Numbered from the stretch's first letter, positions 9,083-18,957 are shown. The stretch: DNA of 64,000 nt from Candidatus Lustribacter sp. (GCA_965277805.1 OZ255842.1:1760001-1824000), one strand, 5' to 3'. The notes: generated from the letters alone by a model not told the origin. A program made the numbers and translations.

Positions 9083-10348
9083 TCAGCTCTTGGCGGGGAT
9101 AGGGTGTTCCAGGCGGCGCCAAATGAGGCTTAGGGCGGTCATGGTGGCGCGCGTTAGGACGTCGTTGCGGTTGCCGGGGAACGTGCCGCGGTGGGTGGTT
9201 ACTTCGTTTGCGTCGTCGATGAGGGCGAACCAGACGAGGCCGATGGGTTTTTCTGCGCTGCCGCCGTCGGGGCCGGCGATGCCGGTTGTGGCCAATGCGA
9301 AGTCGACGTTTAGGGCTTTCTTCGTGCCGCGGGCCATCTCGATTGCGGTCTCTTCGCTGACGGCGCCGTGTTGCGCCAGCGTTTCGGGGCGTACGCCGAG
9401 CAGCGATTGCTTCACCGTGTTGTCGTAAGCGACGATGCCGCCGTAAAAGGCGCGCGAGGCGCCGGCTGTTTCCACGATGCTCTCCGCCACGCCGCCGCCG
9501 GTGACGGATTCTGCGACGCCGATCGTCTTGCCGCGGCGTACGAGTTCGTTGACGATTGCGCCACCGGGCGTGATGGCATCGTCGCCGTAGTACCCGGCGC
9601 CGATTCGCTCGCGCAGTTGCTGCGCGACCGGCGCGATCATCGCATCGGCGGCGGCTTGGCTCTCGGCTTTGGCCATCACTTTGACGTCGACGCGGCCACC
9701 GTGCGCGAGCATCGCGATCTTCGGGTTCTCGAGGGACCGGAACAGATCTTCGACCCGGCGGTCGAGCTCGGATTCGCCGATCCCGATCGTGTGCAAGGTC
9801 TTCGTGTAGATCGCGCTCTTGAGCCCGAAGCGTTCGACGAGCCACGGAATCACTTGGTCGGCGAGCATGGGCTTCATTTCGCGCGGCACGCCCGGCATGC
9901 AGGCGACGAACTTCCCGTCCGGCCGCAGCGCGATGAAGCCCGGCGCCGTACCGTTCGGGTTCGGCATCACGTGCGCGCGCGAGGGCAGAATCGCTTGGCG
10001 GCGATTGTTGTCGGTCATCGGGCGGTTGAGGCTGCGGAATCGCTCTTCGAGCGCGCGCAGCGACGGCTCGTGCGGCTCGAGCTTGTCGTGCACGGCCTTC
10101 GCGACGGCATCTTTGGTGAGATCGTCGACGGTCGGTCCGAGCCCGCCGGTCGTGATCACGCCGTCGGCGCGATCCAGCGCATCGGCGAGCATGATCGCCA
10201 GCCGTTCGGTATTATCGCCGACCGAATGCTTTGCGTACACGTCCACGCCGTGATCGGCCAGCATCTGCGCGATGTAGACGGAGTTCGTGTCGACAAGATG
10301 TCCAAGCAGAATCTCGGTGCCGATCGTGACGATTTCGACCGATGCCAC
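9083..10348 (-). CDS. cinA: CinA (MocF-like domain + PncC NMN deamidase)
   Basis: EIVTIGTEILLG..DTN, TGGLGPTVDDLT, GTAPG, AESVTGG, GAVSEETA, TTGIAGP. Confidence 0.95.
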   Translation of the reverse strand: MASVEIVTIGTEILLGHLVDTNSVYIAQMLADHGVDVYAKHSVGDNTERLAIMLADALDRADGVITTGGLGPTVDDLTKDAVAKAVHDKLEPHEPSLRALEERFRSLNRPMTDNNRRQAILPSRAHVMPNPNGTAPGFIALRPDGKFVACMPGVPREMKPMLADQVIPWLVERFGLKSAIYTKTLHTIGIGESELDRRVEDLFRSLENPKIAMLAHGGRVDVKVMAKAESQAAADAMIAPVAQQLRERIGAGYYGDDAITPGGAIVNELVRRGKTIGVAESVTGGGVAESIVETAGASRAFYGGIVAYDNTVKQSLLGVRPETLAQHGAVSEETAIEMARGTKKALNVDFALATTGIAGPDGGSAEKPIGLVWFALIDDANEVTTHRGTFPGNRNDVLTRATMTALSLIWRRLEHPIPAKS

Positions 10349-10926
10349 TATGCCGTATCCTCAGCGGCGAACCAAGCTGGATACTTCACTTGCACGGCAA
10401 CCTCAAAGCCGTCCGCCGCCGCCATCATCGTGTCACGCCGGGCCGCGGCGTCATCCGGATGCTCGGCGCGGCTAGCTTTGCGCCGCTCCGCCAGGGCCGC
10501 GAGAAAGCGAGCGAAGCGCGAGTCGAGCGCGTCTTGCAGCGCCGCGCGCAGAATACCGCCGACGCGCGGCGACACCCCGCCCGTCGAGATCGCGATGCGC
10601 GCAGGGCCCGAAGCCACGGTCGCTTGCATCGCGACGAACCCGTATTCCGGCTGATCGATCGTGCACAATAAGAAACGGTGCTTGTCAGCCCAGCCCCGGA
10701 GACGTGCGGAGAATTGTGCGTCCTGCACGGTCGAGAGCACGAAAAACGCATTGGCCAAGCCGGTTTCCGGTATACCCGCAGCGTCGTGAAGCCGAATGAC
10801 ATTGGCGCCCGCTTCGTGCAGCGCGGCAGCTTTCTCGCTCGCTTCTCGATCGTCCGCAGCCCCGATGACGATGCAGCGCCGCCCGGTCAGGTTCAAGCCC
10901 ACCGGAAAGTACGCCGGCGGCAGCAT
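10348..10926 (-). CDS. Precorrin-2 dehydrogenase-like protein (CysG N-terminal/SirC-like), compact
   Basis: YFPVGLNLTGRRCIVIG, TIDQPEYG, IAISTGGVSP; ATG 10926 coupled to the nadE stop (TGATG). Confidence 0.75.
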   Translation of the reverse strand: MLPPAYFPVGLNLTGRRCIVIGAADDREASEKAAALHEAGANVIRLHDAAGIPETGLANAFFVLSTVQDAQFSARLRGWADKHRFLLCTIDQPEYGFVAMQATVASGPARIAISTGGVSPRVGGILRAALQDALDSRFARFLAALAERRKASRAEHPDDAAARRDTMMAAADGFEVAVQVKYPAWFAAEDTA

Positions 10927-11777
10927 CAGTAATCGACGGGTCGCAGGTAGAACTCGTTGATCGCCGTTCCCGAGACGAGCGCCGTGGTCGGAAGATGCCG
11001 CTTCCAATGCGTGCTCTCCACGCGCCGCCGCACGAGTTGGATCTCGTGCGGATCGAAGCCGACCGCGGCGATCTGCTCGTCGCGATAGCCGGCCAGAATC
11101 TGCGAGAGGATGCGATCGGCCGTGAGGTACGTGACGCCCATGTCGCCTTCGTCGGTCTGATTCGCTTCGAGGTCGGCACTCGGCGGCTTGTCGATCACTT
11201 CCAGCGGCACGCCCATGTGCCGTGAGAGCGCCCAGACCTGCGTCTTGAACAGATCGCCGATCGGGTTGACCGGCGGTGTATCGTCGGCATGCCAGGTGAA
11301 GTAGCCCATCATGCGTTCCGTCTTGTTCCCGGTGCCGATCGGCAGCGCGCCGAGGCGTGCGGACTGATCGAACAGCACGAGCATGCGCATACGGGCCATC
11401 ACGTTGCCCCGCCGGCGCGGATCGGGATCGTGCGCCGCGCGCAGATAGCCGTCGACCGCATCGGTGATCTCGATCGTATCGCAGTTGATGCCGAGCGCAT
11501 CGACGACGCGCTGTGCGTCATCGAGCGAGTCCTTGCTCGAGGTTTTGTACGGCATGCGGATCGCGTAAACGTTCTCCGGGCCGAGGGCGCGCGCGCACAG
11601 GAACGCTACCAGCGCCGAGTCGATGCCGCCGCTCAAGCCCAGCACGGCCTTCGTGATGCGGCGCCGTTCGATCAACTCGTCGCGCAAAAACGCCGTCAGC
11701 CAGCGCTCAGTGAGCGCGGCGTCGATCTTCAGCGCCGCATCGATGCGATGCAGCGGCGCGTCAACGAGCGGTAACAT
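10926..11777 (-). CDS. nadE: NAD+ synthetase, synthetase subunit
   Basis: LGLSGGIDSA, GNVMARMRM, GTGNKTE, PIGDLFKTQV, KPPSADL..QTDEGDMG. Confidence 0.96.
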   Translation of the reverse strand: MLPLVDAPLHRIDAALKIDAALTERWLTAFLRDELIERRRITKAVLGLSGGIDSALVAFLCARALGPENVYAIRMPYKTSSKDSLDDAQRVVDALGINCDTIEITDAVDGYLRAAHDPDPRRRGNVMARMRMLVLFDQSARLGALPIGTGNKTERMMGYFTWHADDTPPVNPIGDLFKTQVWALSRHMGVPLEVIDKPPSADLEANQTDEGDMGVTYLTADRILSQILAGYRDEQIAAVGFDPHEIQLVRRRVESTHWKRHLPTTALVSGTAINEFYLRPVDY

Positions 11778-12669
11778 CAGCCACCGAATTTCGCGGACGC
11801 GGGATCGCCGTGTCGTACCAGAGATCGGGCAGCACCGCCGAGAGATCGCCGAGCAGCGGCAGCGTCGCCCGCGCCAAGTCGATCTCGGCCGTGTCGAGTC
11901 GCGCGCGCAGGATCGCCACCGACAATTCGTCGAGCGATTCCAGCAGCGAGCCGCGCGGCGAAACGATGCACGAACTGCCCGACATGCCCTTGCCGCCCTC
12001 GAAGCCCGTCAGGCCCGCATAGAGTACGTAGACGCCGTGTTCGCTCGCCATCAGCGTGGCGGTCGCGCGCCAGCGCTCGACGCTCTCGAGCAGCCCGTCA
12101 CCGGCCAAACCGCGGCCCGGCGAGGCGCTCGGAATGATGATCAGACGCGCACCCTTGAGCGCCGCGATGGTGGGCATGATCGAATGCCAGGCATCCTCGC
12201 AGATGAGGATGGCGGCGGTTCCGAACGGCGTCGGAAACACGTCGAGTGCGCGGCCGCGCGAGAGAAATCGTTCCTCATCGAAGACGCCGTACGTCGGCAA
12301 GAACATCTTGCGATGAACGTGCACGATGCGCGGCCGCGTTCCGCCGATCGTCGCGTAGAGCGCGCTGTTGTGATACGTGCCGTCGTGGTTCTCATAGAAG
12401 CCGCACACGATGTCGACGGCCGTGTTGCCGCCGGCGGCGCGCCATTCGGCGTCGAGCTTAGCCGCAAACGCATCGGCGGTAAACGACAGCTCGTACACCG
12501 CGCCCTCGAGGAAGTAGCCCGTCAGCGCCGCTTCGGGCAACACGATCAGCTCCGGCACCGCGGCCGGCGTGGCGATCAGCTGCGCGAAAACGCCCCGTAA
12601 CGCGGCCAGGTTCGCCGCGACGTCGCCCTTGCGGGGCTTGAACTGCACGATCGCAACGTCGAAGGTCAT
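11761..12669 (-). CDS. Nitrilase-family amidohydrolase, likely glutaminase subunit of NAD synthetase
   Basis: Catalytic triad motifs LPEAALTGY, HRKMFLPTYGVFDEERF, ICEDAW; overlaps the nadE start; ATG 12669. Confidence 0.88.
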   Translation of the reverse strand: MTFDVAIVQFKPRKGDVAANLAALRGVFAQLIATPAAVPELIVLPEAALTGYFLEGAVYELSFTADAFAAKLDAEWRAAGGNTAVDIVCGFYENHDGTYHNSALYATIGGTRPRIVHVHRKMFLPTYGVFDEERFLSRGRALDVFPTPFGTAAILICEDAWHSIMPTIAALKGARLIIIPSASPGRGLAGDGLLESVERWRATATLMASEHGVYVLYAGLTGFEGGKGMSGSSCIVSPRGSLLESLDELSVAILRARLDTAEIDLARATLPLLGDLSAVLPDLWYDTAIPRPRNSVADVTAR

Positions 12670-14069
12670 CGGGCAATCTTCAACGGGCGCTCGGCGATGA
12701 TCTTCTCCATCAGCTCCTCGGCGGGGTAGGTCCAAATTTCCGCCATCGTCGGGTGCAGATGCGGGATCTTCACGAAATCGAACACGGTGGCGTGGTAGAA
12801 CAGCGCGACGACGACCTCGTGGATGAGATCGGAGCCGTCGGCGCCGAGGATCGCGGCACCTAAGATGCGGCCATCGCTCGGCGAGGCCATCATCTTCACG
12901 AAGCCCTTGATCTTGCCGATCGAGATCGCTTTGCCGTGATCGTTGAACGGATAGCTCGCGACGAGATACGGGATCCCGGCGCGCTGCAGTTCCTTCTCCG
13001 TCTCGCCCGCGATCGCGACTTGCGGATCGGAGAACACCGTGTGCGTTTTGGAGAGGCTGTAGTCGACGTGCTCCTGCGTGCCGCGGACCGCGTTGCGCGC
13101 GGCCAGTTCGCCCTGCTGGATCGCGACGTGCACCAGAGCAAACATTCCCGTGACGTCGCCGACGGCGAAGATGTGCGGTTGCGACGTGCGCATCGTACCG
13201 TCGATCGTGATGCCGGTCATGGCGTGATAGGTGACGCCTGCGGCCTCGAGGTTCAGCCCCTCGACCGTCGGCACGCGCCCGAGCGCATAGAAAATCTCGT
13301 GCGCCGCAACGGATTTTTCGGCGCCGTCTTGCAGGAAGTGCACGACCTTCAGGCCGTCTTCACGCCGGCTGACGCGCTGCACCCGAGCGCCGGTCTCGAC
13401 CGCGATGCCTTCCTCGCGAAAATATTCCGTGAGGCCCTCGCCGACGTCGGTGTCTTCATCCGTGAGCAGCTGGTTGCTGCGAATGACGATCGTGGTCGGC
13501 ACGCCGATGCGCGCGTAGAACTGCCCGAGTTCGCTGCCGACATAGCCGCCGCCGAGCACGATCAGCGACTTCGGCGGTTCGCTGAGTTCGAGCGCTTCGT
13601 CGCTTTCGATGTAGCCGGTTTCCGCCAAGCCCGGAAACACCGGCGGTGCAATCGTGCTGCCGGTTCCGATGACGAACGATTTGCCCTCGAGCACGTCGTC
13701 GCCGACGCGCAGCTTGTGCGGTGATTCGAACGCCGCGGCGCCGTGGAAGACCGGGAACGTCTCGATTCCGGCGACGCGGTAGTCGGTAAAGCCCTGGATG
13801 ATCTCTTTTTTACGCGCCATGACGGCGGCAAAATCGACAATGGGCTCGCCGGCGTGAATGCCCAGTTCCTCAGAGTGGCGGATCTCGTGGGCCAGGTCGC
13901 CGGTGGCGATCAGCGTTTTCGACGGCATACAGCCGCGCAAGATGCACAAGCCGCCGAGCGGGCCGCGGTCGACCAGCGCGACCGAGGCGCCGAGCTCACG
14001 GGCGGTGCGGGCTGCGGCGTACCCGCCGGAACCGGCGCCGACGACGATCAGATCGAACTGGTGATTCAC
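12666..14069 (-). CDS. Dihydrolipoyl dehydrogenase-family pyridine nucleotide-disulfide oxidoreductase
   Basis: GAGSGG, GGLCILRGCMPSK redox disulfide, GGGYVGSE, HLHPTMAE; no MerA C-terminal CC. Confidence 0.9.
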   Translation of the reverse strand: MNHQFDLIVVGAGSGGYAAARTARELGASVALVDRGPLGGLCILRGCMPSKTLIATGDLAHEIRHSEELGIHAGEPIVDFAAVMARKKEIIQGFTDYRVAGIETFPVFHGAAAFESPHKLRVGDDVLEGKSFVIGTGSTIAPPVFPGLAETGYIESDEALELSEPPKSLIVLGGGYVGSELGQFYARIGVPTTIVIRSNQLLTDEDTDVGEGLTEYFREEGIAVETGARVQRVSRREDGLKVVHFLQDGAEKSVAAHEIFYALGRVPTVEGLNLEAAGVTYHAMTGITIDGTMRTSQPHIFAVGDVTGMFALVHVAIQQGELAARNAVRGTQEHVDYSLSKTHTVFSDPQVAIAGETEKELQRAGIPYLVASYPFNDHGKAISIGKIKGFVKMMASPSDGRILGAAILGADGSDLIHEVVVALFYHATVFDFVKIPHLHPTMAEIWTYPAEELMEKIIAERPLKIAR

Positions 14070-14094
14070 GCTTTTCCTCAGAGCTCAACCCCGC

Positions 14095-15072
14095 TCACGG
14101 GCGGCGGTGCGGTTTAGCCCCAAGACGATGGACACTCTCGATGAACCGGACGGTTCCGGTCGTGCCCTCGATCAGGATCGAATGGGTCCGCGCTTGGTTG
14201 CCCATGAAGCGCACGCCGCGCACCAGATCGCCTTCGGTGATGCCGGTTGCGACAAAAATCAGGCTCTGGCCCTTGCATAGGTCGTCCATCGTCAGCACCC
14301 GGTCGAGGTCGCCGAACCCCATGACCCTAGCCCGCTCGGCCTCCTCGGGGCTGCGCGGCTTGAGCCGCCCCATGAAGCCGCCGCCGAGGCACTTGAGGGC
14401 CGCCGCCGCGAGCACTCCCTCGGGCGCGCCGCCGGTGCCCATGGCGACGTGAATGCCGGTGCCGTCGATCGCCGTCGCGATCGCCGCATCGACGTCGCCG
14501 TCGGAGATCAGCTTGATGCGCGCACCTGCCGCACGCACTTCCGAAATGAGTTCGGCATGCCGCGGACGGTCGAGGATCACGACCGTGACGTCGTTGATCG
14601 GCCGCTCGAGCGCATTCGCAACGGCCTCCAGATTCTCGGCCACCGGCGCATCGATGTGCACGTACGGCGCGGCCTTCGGCCCGACGGCAAGTTTCTGCAT
14701 GTACGAGTCGGGCGCGTGCAACAAACCGCCGCGCTCCGAGAGCGCCATGACGGCGATCGAGTTCGGAAGCCCGTTGGCAACGAGGTTGGTGCCCTCGACC
14801 GGATCGACCGCAATGTCGACCGCGAAGCCGCCGCGGCCGAGTTCCTCGCCGATGAAGAGCATCGGCGCCTCGTCGCGCTCGCCCTCGCCGATCACGATGC
14901 GGCCGTCGATCTCCATCTGGTTGAGCGTATCGCGCATCGCTTCAACCGCTGCGCCGTCGGCGATGTCGCGCTCACCGCGTCCCATCCAGCGTGAGGCTGC
15001 TAGGGCAGCTGCCTCCGTAACCTTGACGAAATCCAGCGTATCGACCGGCATGCGAGGGGAAGACAATTGCAT
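14095..15072 (-). CDS. glpX: Class II fructose-1,6-bisphosphatase
   Basis: VIGEGERDEAPML, DIAVDPVEGT, LDRPRH, SDGDV, GGAPEGV. Confidence 0.96.
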   Translation of the reverse strand: MQLSSPRMPVDTLDFVKVTEAAALAASRWMGRGERDIADGAAVEAMRDTLNQMEIDGRIVIGEGERDEAPMLFIGEELGRGGFAVDIAVDPVEGTNLVANGLPNSIAVMALSERGGLLHAPDSYMQKLAVGPKAAPYVHIDAPVAENLEAVANALERPINDVTVVILDRPRHAELISEVRAAGARIKLISDGDVDAAIATAIDGTGIHVAMGTGGAPEGVLAAAALKCLGGGFMGRLKPRSPEEAERARVMGFGDLDRVLTMDDLCKGQSLIFVATGITEGDLVRGVRFMGNQARTHSILIEGTTGTVRFIESVHRLGAKPHRRP

Positions 15073-15144
15073 CTCGGCCTCTTACCCGTCGAGCGGGCCT
15101 CCTCATGCAGGCAGCCTGTGGTATCCGCGCTAAGATTTGTGTCC

Positions 15145-16683
15145 GTGAATCTCGCGTTTGTGGGCAGCGCCGCGCGTTCCCGGCGACTCCAACTCGTCGA
15201 GGCCGCCGGCTGGCCGGCGGTCGCCACCGTCGTGTGCGCTGGGGCCACGGCCGGTTTCTTTAGCTGGTATGCATACCTGACCCATGGTCCGCACCGCGCG
15301 TTGCTCCTCGAAGCAAGCTTGGTGCTGGCGTTGATCGCCGGCCCGCTGCTCGCGGTCGGCCTATGGGACGCATATGCGCGTTACTTCTCGCATCGCACCG
15401 ACATCTCGTACGCCTCGGCGTTGCGCTGGGACGTACCGTCGTGGGCGTCGCTCGTGCTGTTGTGGATGATTCTCGCCGCGCCCGGCGGCGTCAGCACCGA
15501 AGGCCGGGCCATCGCGGTCGCGGCTGCGGTGTTTTGCGTCCTCAAGCTGGTGGTTGCGGCGCGCTTCAACGCTACTGTGCGCGACGTGCTCGTGACGTTC
15601 GTCGTCACGCGCGTTCCAATCATCATCATCGCCGAGCTGGCGACGGTGATCGTGGGTCAGCGCGCGGGCGTACACTTCGCCGCGTCGGAGAATCCGCTGC
15701 TCGCGGTGTGGGGCCGCTGGGACGCCGAGCATTACATCGGCATCGCGACCAACGGGTACTCGGGCACCGAGCCCGCGTTCTTCCCGCTGTACCCGCTGCT
15801 GATCTGGCTCGTCGGGGGCTTCACGAACAACCATCTCATCGCCGGTCTCTTGATCTCCAACGCCGCCAGTTTCTTCGCGCTTCTCTATCTGTATAAATTG
15901 GTGGAGCACGAATTCAACCGTCACGTCGCGCACCGCGCGGTCTTCTACGTCTCGATCTTCCCGACGGCGATCTTCTTCTCGGCGGTCTACACGGAATCGC
16001 TGTTCCTGTGCCTGTCGGTGGCAAGCTTCTACTACATTCGCGAACGGCGCTGGGTCATCGCCGGTCTCTGCGGGTTCTTCGCCGCGCTCACGCGCGTCGA
16101 GGGCGTGCTGCTGGTCGTGCCGTTTGTAATCGAATGGGCCGTGGCGCTCTACGAATCGCGCGGGGATTGGTTCAAGTGGCCGCTCGATACGGTGGTCAAG
16201 CCGCTGCTCGGCGTCGCGCTCGTGCCGCTCGGACTCGCCTCCTACATGATCTACCTGTGGGTGCTGCGCGGCGACCCGCTCTACTTCTCGCACGTCCAGG
16301 CGCACTGGGATCGCTACCTCGCGCCGCCGTGGGTGAGTTTTAGCCACGCGCTGCACTTGATCACCGGCGGCTTCGCCCCGCAGACGATCGCCAACCAGTT
16401 GCTCGAAGTGACGTTTACGCTGCTGATGCTCGGCGTGCTCATCGTCGGTTTCCGGCGCCTGCGCGCTTCGTATATCGCCTACATGGCGGTCTCGATTCTC
16501 GTGCCGCTCTCGACCTCGAGCCTAATGAGCATGCCGCGGTTCGCGCTCGTGCTCTTCCCGATGTTCGCGCTCTTCGGCCTATGGGGTGCCAAGCCGACGG
16601 TGAACAATATCATCGTCGCGTTCTCGCTGCCGCTGCTCGGCCTGTTCACCGTTCTCTTCGCGGATTGGTACTGGGTCGCTTGA
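15145..16683 (+). CDS. GT-C fold membrane glycosyltransferase (PIG-V/mannosyltransferase-like)
   Basis: WGRWDAEHYIGIA..GY, AFFPLYP, FPTAIFFSAVYTESLF, many TM segments; start uncertain (GTG 15139 or 15145, just after a TAAGAT -10-like hexamer). Confidence 0.85.
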   Translation: MNLAFVGSAARSRRLQLVEAAGWPAVATVVCAGATAGFFSWYAYLTHGPHRALLLEASLVLALIAGPLLAVGLWDAYARYFSHRTDISYASALRWDVPSWASLVLLWMILAAPGGVSTEGRAIAVAAAVFCVLKLVVAARFNATVRDVLVTFVVTRVPIIIIAELATVIVGQRAGVHFAASENPLLAVWGRWDAEHYIGIATNGYSGTEPAFFPLYPLLIWLVGGFTNNHLIAGLLISNAASFFALLYLYKLVEHEFNRHVAHRAVFYVSIFPTAIFFSAVYTESLFLCLSVASFYYIRERRWVIAGLCGFFAALTRVEGVLLVVPFVIEWAVALYESRGDWFKWPLDTVVKPLLGVALVPLGLASYMIYLWVLRGDPLYFSHVQAHWDRYLAPPWVSFSHALHLITGGFAPQTIANQLLEVTFTLLMLGVLIVGFRRLRASYIAYMAVSILVPLSTSSLMSMPRFALVLFPMFALFGLWGAKPTVNNIIVAFSLPLLGLFTVLFADWYWVA

Positions 16684-17138
16684 GCGAGTCAACATTCGTG
16701 GAGCGCCTCACGCAAAAGCGCGGGGTGCGCCAGTTCTTGAAGTTTGGCGTTGTCGGCGCCTCGGGGTTCGTCGTGAACCTCGTCATCTTTACGCTGCTGC
16801 AGCGTCTGGTACCCAATCACGAAGTGGCGGGCTGGTATAACGCGATCTACTCGATCGCCTTTCTATCGGGCGGCGTTTCGAATTACTTTCTCAACCGGTC
16901 CTGGACGTTTCGTTCCACCGGCCACGTCGGCCGCGAGGGGCTCTCGTTCATGGCGGTTTCCGTGATGGCGCTCATCGTCGGCTTGATCGTGTCGGCCGTG
17001 CTGGCACCGTTGCCGGCGCCGTTCGTGGCCCGCGGCACGTTTGGTCATGGGCACATCACTTGGTTCCTCTCGACCGTCTCGGCGATCGTGGTGAACTTCT
17101 TCGTCAACAAATATTGGACGTTTCGTTCAGCCGATTGA
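16680..17138 (+). CDS. GtrA family lipid-linked sugar flippase
   Basis: RQFLKFGVVG, NYFLNRSWTF, NFFVNKYWTF; TTGA coupling. Confidence 0.9.
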   Translation: MSESTFVERLTQKRGVRQFLKFGVVGASGFVVNLVIFTLLQRLVPNHEVAGWYNAIYSIAFLSGGVSNYFLNRSWTFRSTGHVGREGLSFMAVSVMALIVGLIVSAVLAPLPAPFVARGTFGHGHITWFLSTVSAIVVNFFVNKYWTFRSAD

Positions 17139-18757
17139 GCGAGCGCCGCTGGTGGTGGCTCAGCGTCGCCGCCTGCTGCGTGATCGGCCTCGTCCTCCGG
17201 CTCAAAGGCCTGCATAACCCGCTCCTCGATCACCCGGGCTGGCGGCAAGGTGACACGGCAGCGATCGCGCGCAACTTCGCCCAGCTCAACTTCAACATTT
17301 TCTACCCGCAGACCGAATACAACGGCGCGCCGCCCAACTATGTCGAGCTGGAACTGCAGATCGTGCCGTTCCTGGCCGCGATCGGCTACAAGCTCTTCGG
17401 CGTGCACGAAGTGTTCGGCCGGCTGCTCGAGATCGCGTTCGGCATCGGCACGATCGCCGTCACCGGTTTTTTCGCGCGCTGGCTGTTTGCCGATGCACTG
17501 GCCGGCGTCGCCGCGATGGCGCTCTACGCGATCTTCCCCGGCAGCATCTACTACTCGCGGACATTCCAGCCGGACGGCGCGATGGTGTTCTTTCTCGTTG
17601 CAGCGCTGTACGCGTGGTCGCGCTGGATGGTAGCTGATGATGGCCGAACGTGGCGCGGCGGCATCATCGCCGCGGTCTTGCTCGCGCTCGCGTTTCTGGC
17701 GAAGCAAGTTGCGCTGATCGCTCTTATCCCCGCAGCGGCGATGCTGATCGGCCGTTTTCGCTGGCAAGGCGTTGCCGTACTGGCCGCCTCGCTCGTTCCA
17801 CTTGCGCTGTACGGCCCCTACGTTGCCTCGCACGCGGAGTGGCACTGGGCCAGCGGCATCTTGCGCTTACACGTCATCCCGTCGTTCATCGGCGCGTTCA
17901 CCTCGCTGCACGGCTTCGAACGCAAAGCGATCGACTTCGCCAAAGCGCTGCGCATGCTCGCGACGACCATGCTCGGACCTGCCGGCATGCTGCTGCTCAT
18001 CGCGGGCTTCTGCATTCGCCTGCGTTCGAGAGCGGATGCCGTGCTGTGGGGCTGGCTTGCCGGCGGCTTGATCTACACCTACGTCGTGCTGACGGTCGAA
18101 AAAGTCGATTACTACCTCTATCCGCTCGTACCGCTGGGCGCGCTCGTCGGCGGCAACCTGATCGCCCGTGCGGTCGACCGGTTCGGCACGACGGCTAATG
18201 CACGGGTAGCGGCAGCGGCGGTCCTCGGCGTACTGTGGCTCGTCGCGCTCTACATCGGCCGGCGTGAGATTGCCCCGTACTATGCGTGGAGCTCGAACGT
18301 GTACACGCGCTCGCTCGCGCTGAACAAAATGCTCGCTCCGGGCGCGCTGATCGTGATCGGGCACTACGATCCGTCGTTGATGTACTACATTCAGCGCAAG
18401 GGCTGGATGGAAGATCCCTACGTGTGGACGCCGTTCGACGAGCAGAGCGCGATTCGCAAAGGCGCGCGCTACTTCATCGCGGTCGAACCGAAGCGGCTAG
18501 CGCGCAATCTCGAGCTCTGCCATTGGCTCGAGCGTTTTCCGCTGCTCGATCCGAACGCCAAGTGGCCGGTTTACGAGACCGATCCCGGCAAGGTTCTGCC
18601 CGGGGCCGAGGCGCGCTGGCAAGCATTCCGCACTCAGGAACGCGACGGCACCTACGACCCTTCGCGCTCGAGTTGTTCCGTCGTCGGGGCAACGAGCGGT
18701 TCGGCTAAGGCGGCCGACAAAGCCGGTGCATCCGGCAGCGGAACTTCCTCGTCGTAA
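17135..18757 (+). CDS. ArnT/PMT-like (GT-C) glycosyltransferase
   Basis: HPGWRQGDTAAIARNF, YYSRTFQPD, multiple TM segments; TTG start coupled to gtrA. Confidence 0.85.
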   Translation: MSERRWWWLSVAACCVIGLVLRLKGLHNPLLDHPGWRQGDTAAIARNFAQLNFNIFYPQTEYNGAPPNYVELELQIVPFLAAIGYKLFGVHEVFGRLLEIAFGIGTIAVTGFFARWLFADALAGVAAMALYAIFPGSIYYSRTFQPDGAMVFFLVAALYAWSRWMVADDGRTWRGGIIAAVLLALAFLAKQVALIALIPAAAMLIGRFRWQGVAVLAASLVPLALYGPYVASHAEWHWASGILRLHVIPSFIGAFTSLHGFERKAIDFAKALRMLATTMLGPAGMLLLIAGFCIRLRSRADAVLWGWLAGGLIYTYVVLTVEKVDYYLYPLVPLGALVGGNLIARAVDRFGTTANARVAAAAVLGVLWLVALYIGRREIAPYYAWSSNVYTRSLALNKMLAPGALIVIGHYDPSLMYYIQRKGWMEDPYVWTPFDEQSAIRKGARYFIAVEPKRLARNLELCHWLERFPLLDPNAKWPVYETDPGKVLPGAEARWQAFRTQERDGTYDPSRSSCSVVGATSGSAKAADKAGASGSGTSSS

Positions 18758-18918
18758 GGACGCTGCAACACAACGCTGAGCGAACCGTTGCTCAGCGCCG
18801 TCATGCCGCGGATCTCCCAGCCCTGCGAGCCGAGAAGCGCTAGGCTGGGATCAACGTCGCCGCCGGCGGCATCCCCCTTTGCGATGGTGTGAAACGTGAA
18901 TTCGAAACGGCCGCGCAT
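18652..18918 (-). CDS. Small hypothetical protein (DUF4177-like)
   Basis: RFEFTF...LALLGSQGWEIRGM...VVLQRP pattern typical of DUF4177. Confidence 0.6.
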   Translation of the reverse strand: MRGRFEFTFHTIAKGDAAGGDVDPSLALLGSQGWEIRGMTALSNGSLSVVLQRPYDEEVPLPDAPALSAALAEPLVAPTTEQLEREGS

Positions 18919-18957
18919 GGTGTCTTGTTCCCCATACGCGGCCGGACTAACGAGAGG

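Noticed and set aside
12666-14069. Mercuric reductase MerA, or the E3 partner of the island E1
   Set aside because: No C-terminal CC, no HMA domain and no mer genes; 30 kb from the E1 pair with no E2 present
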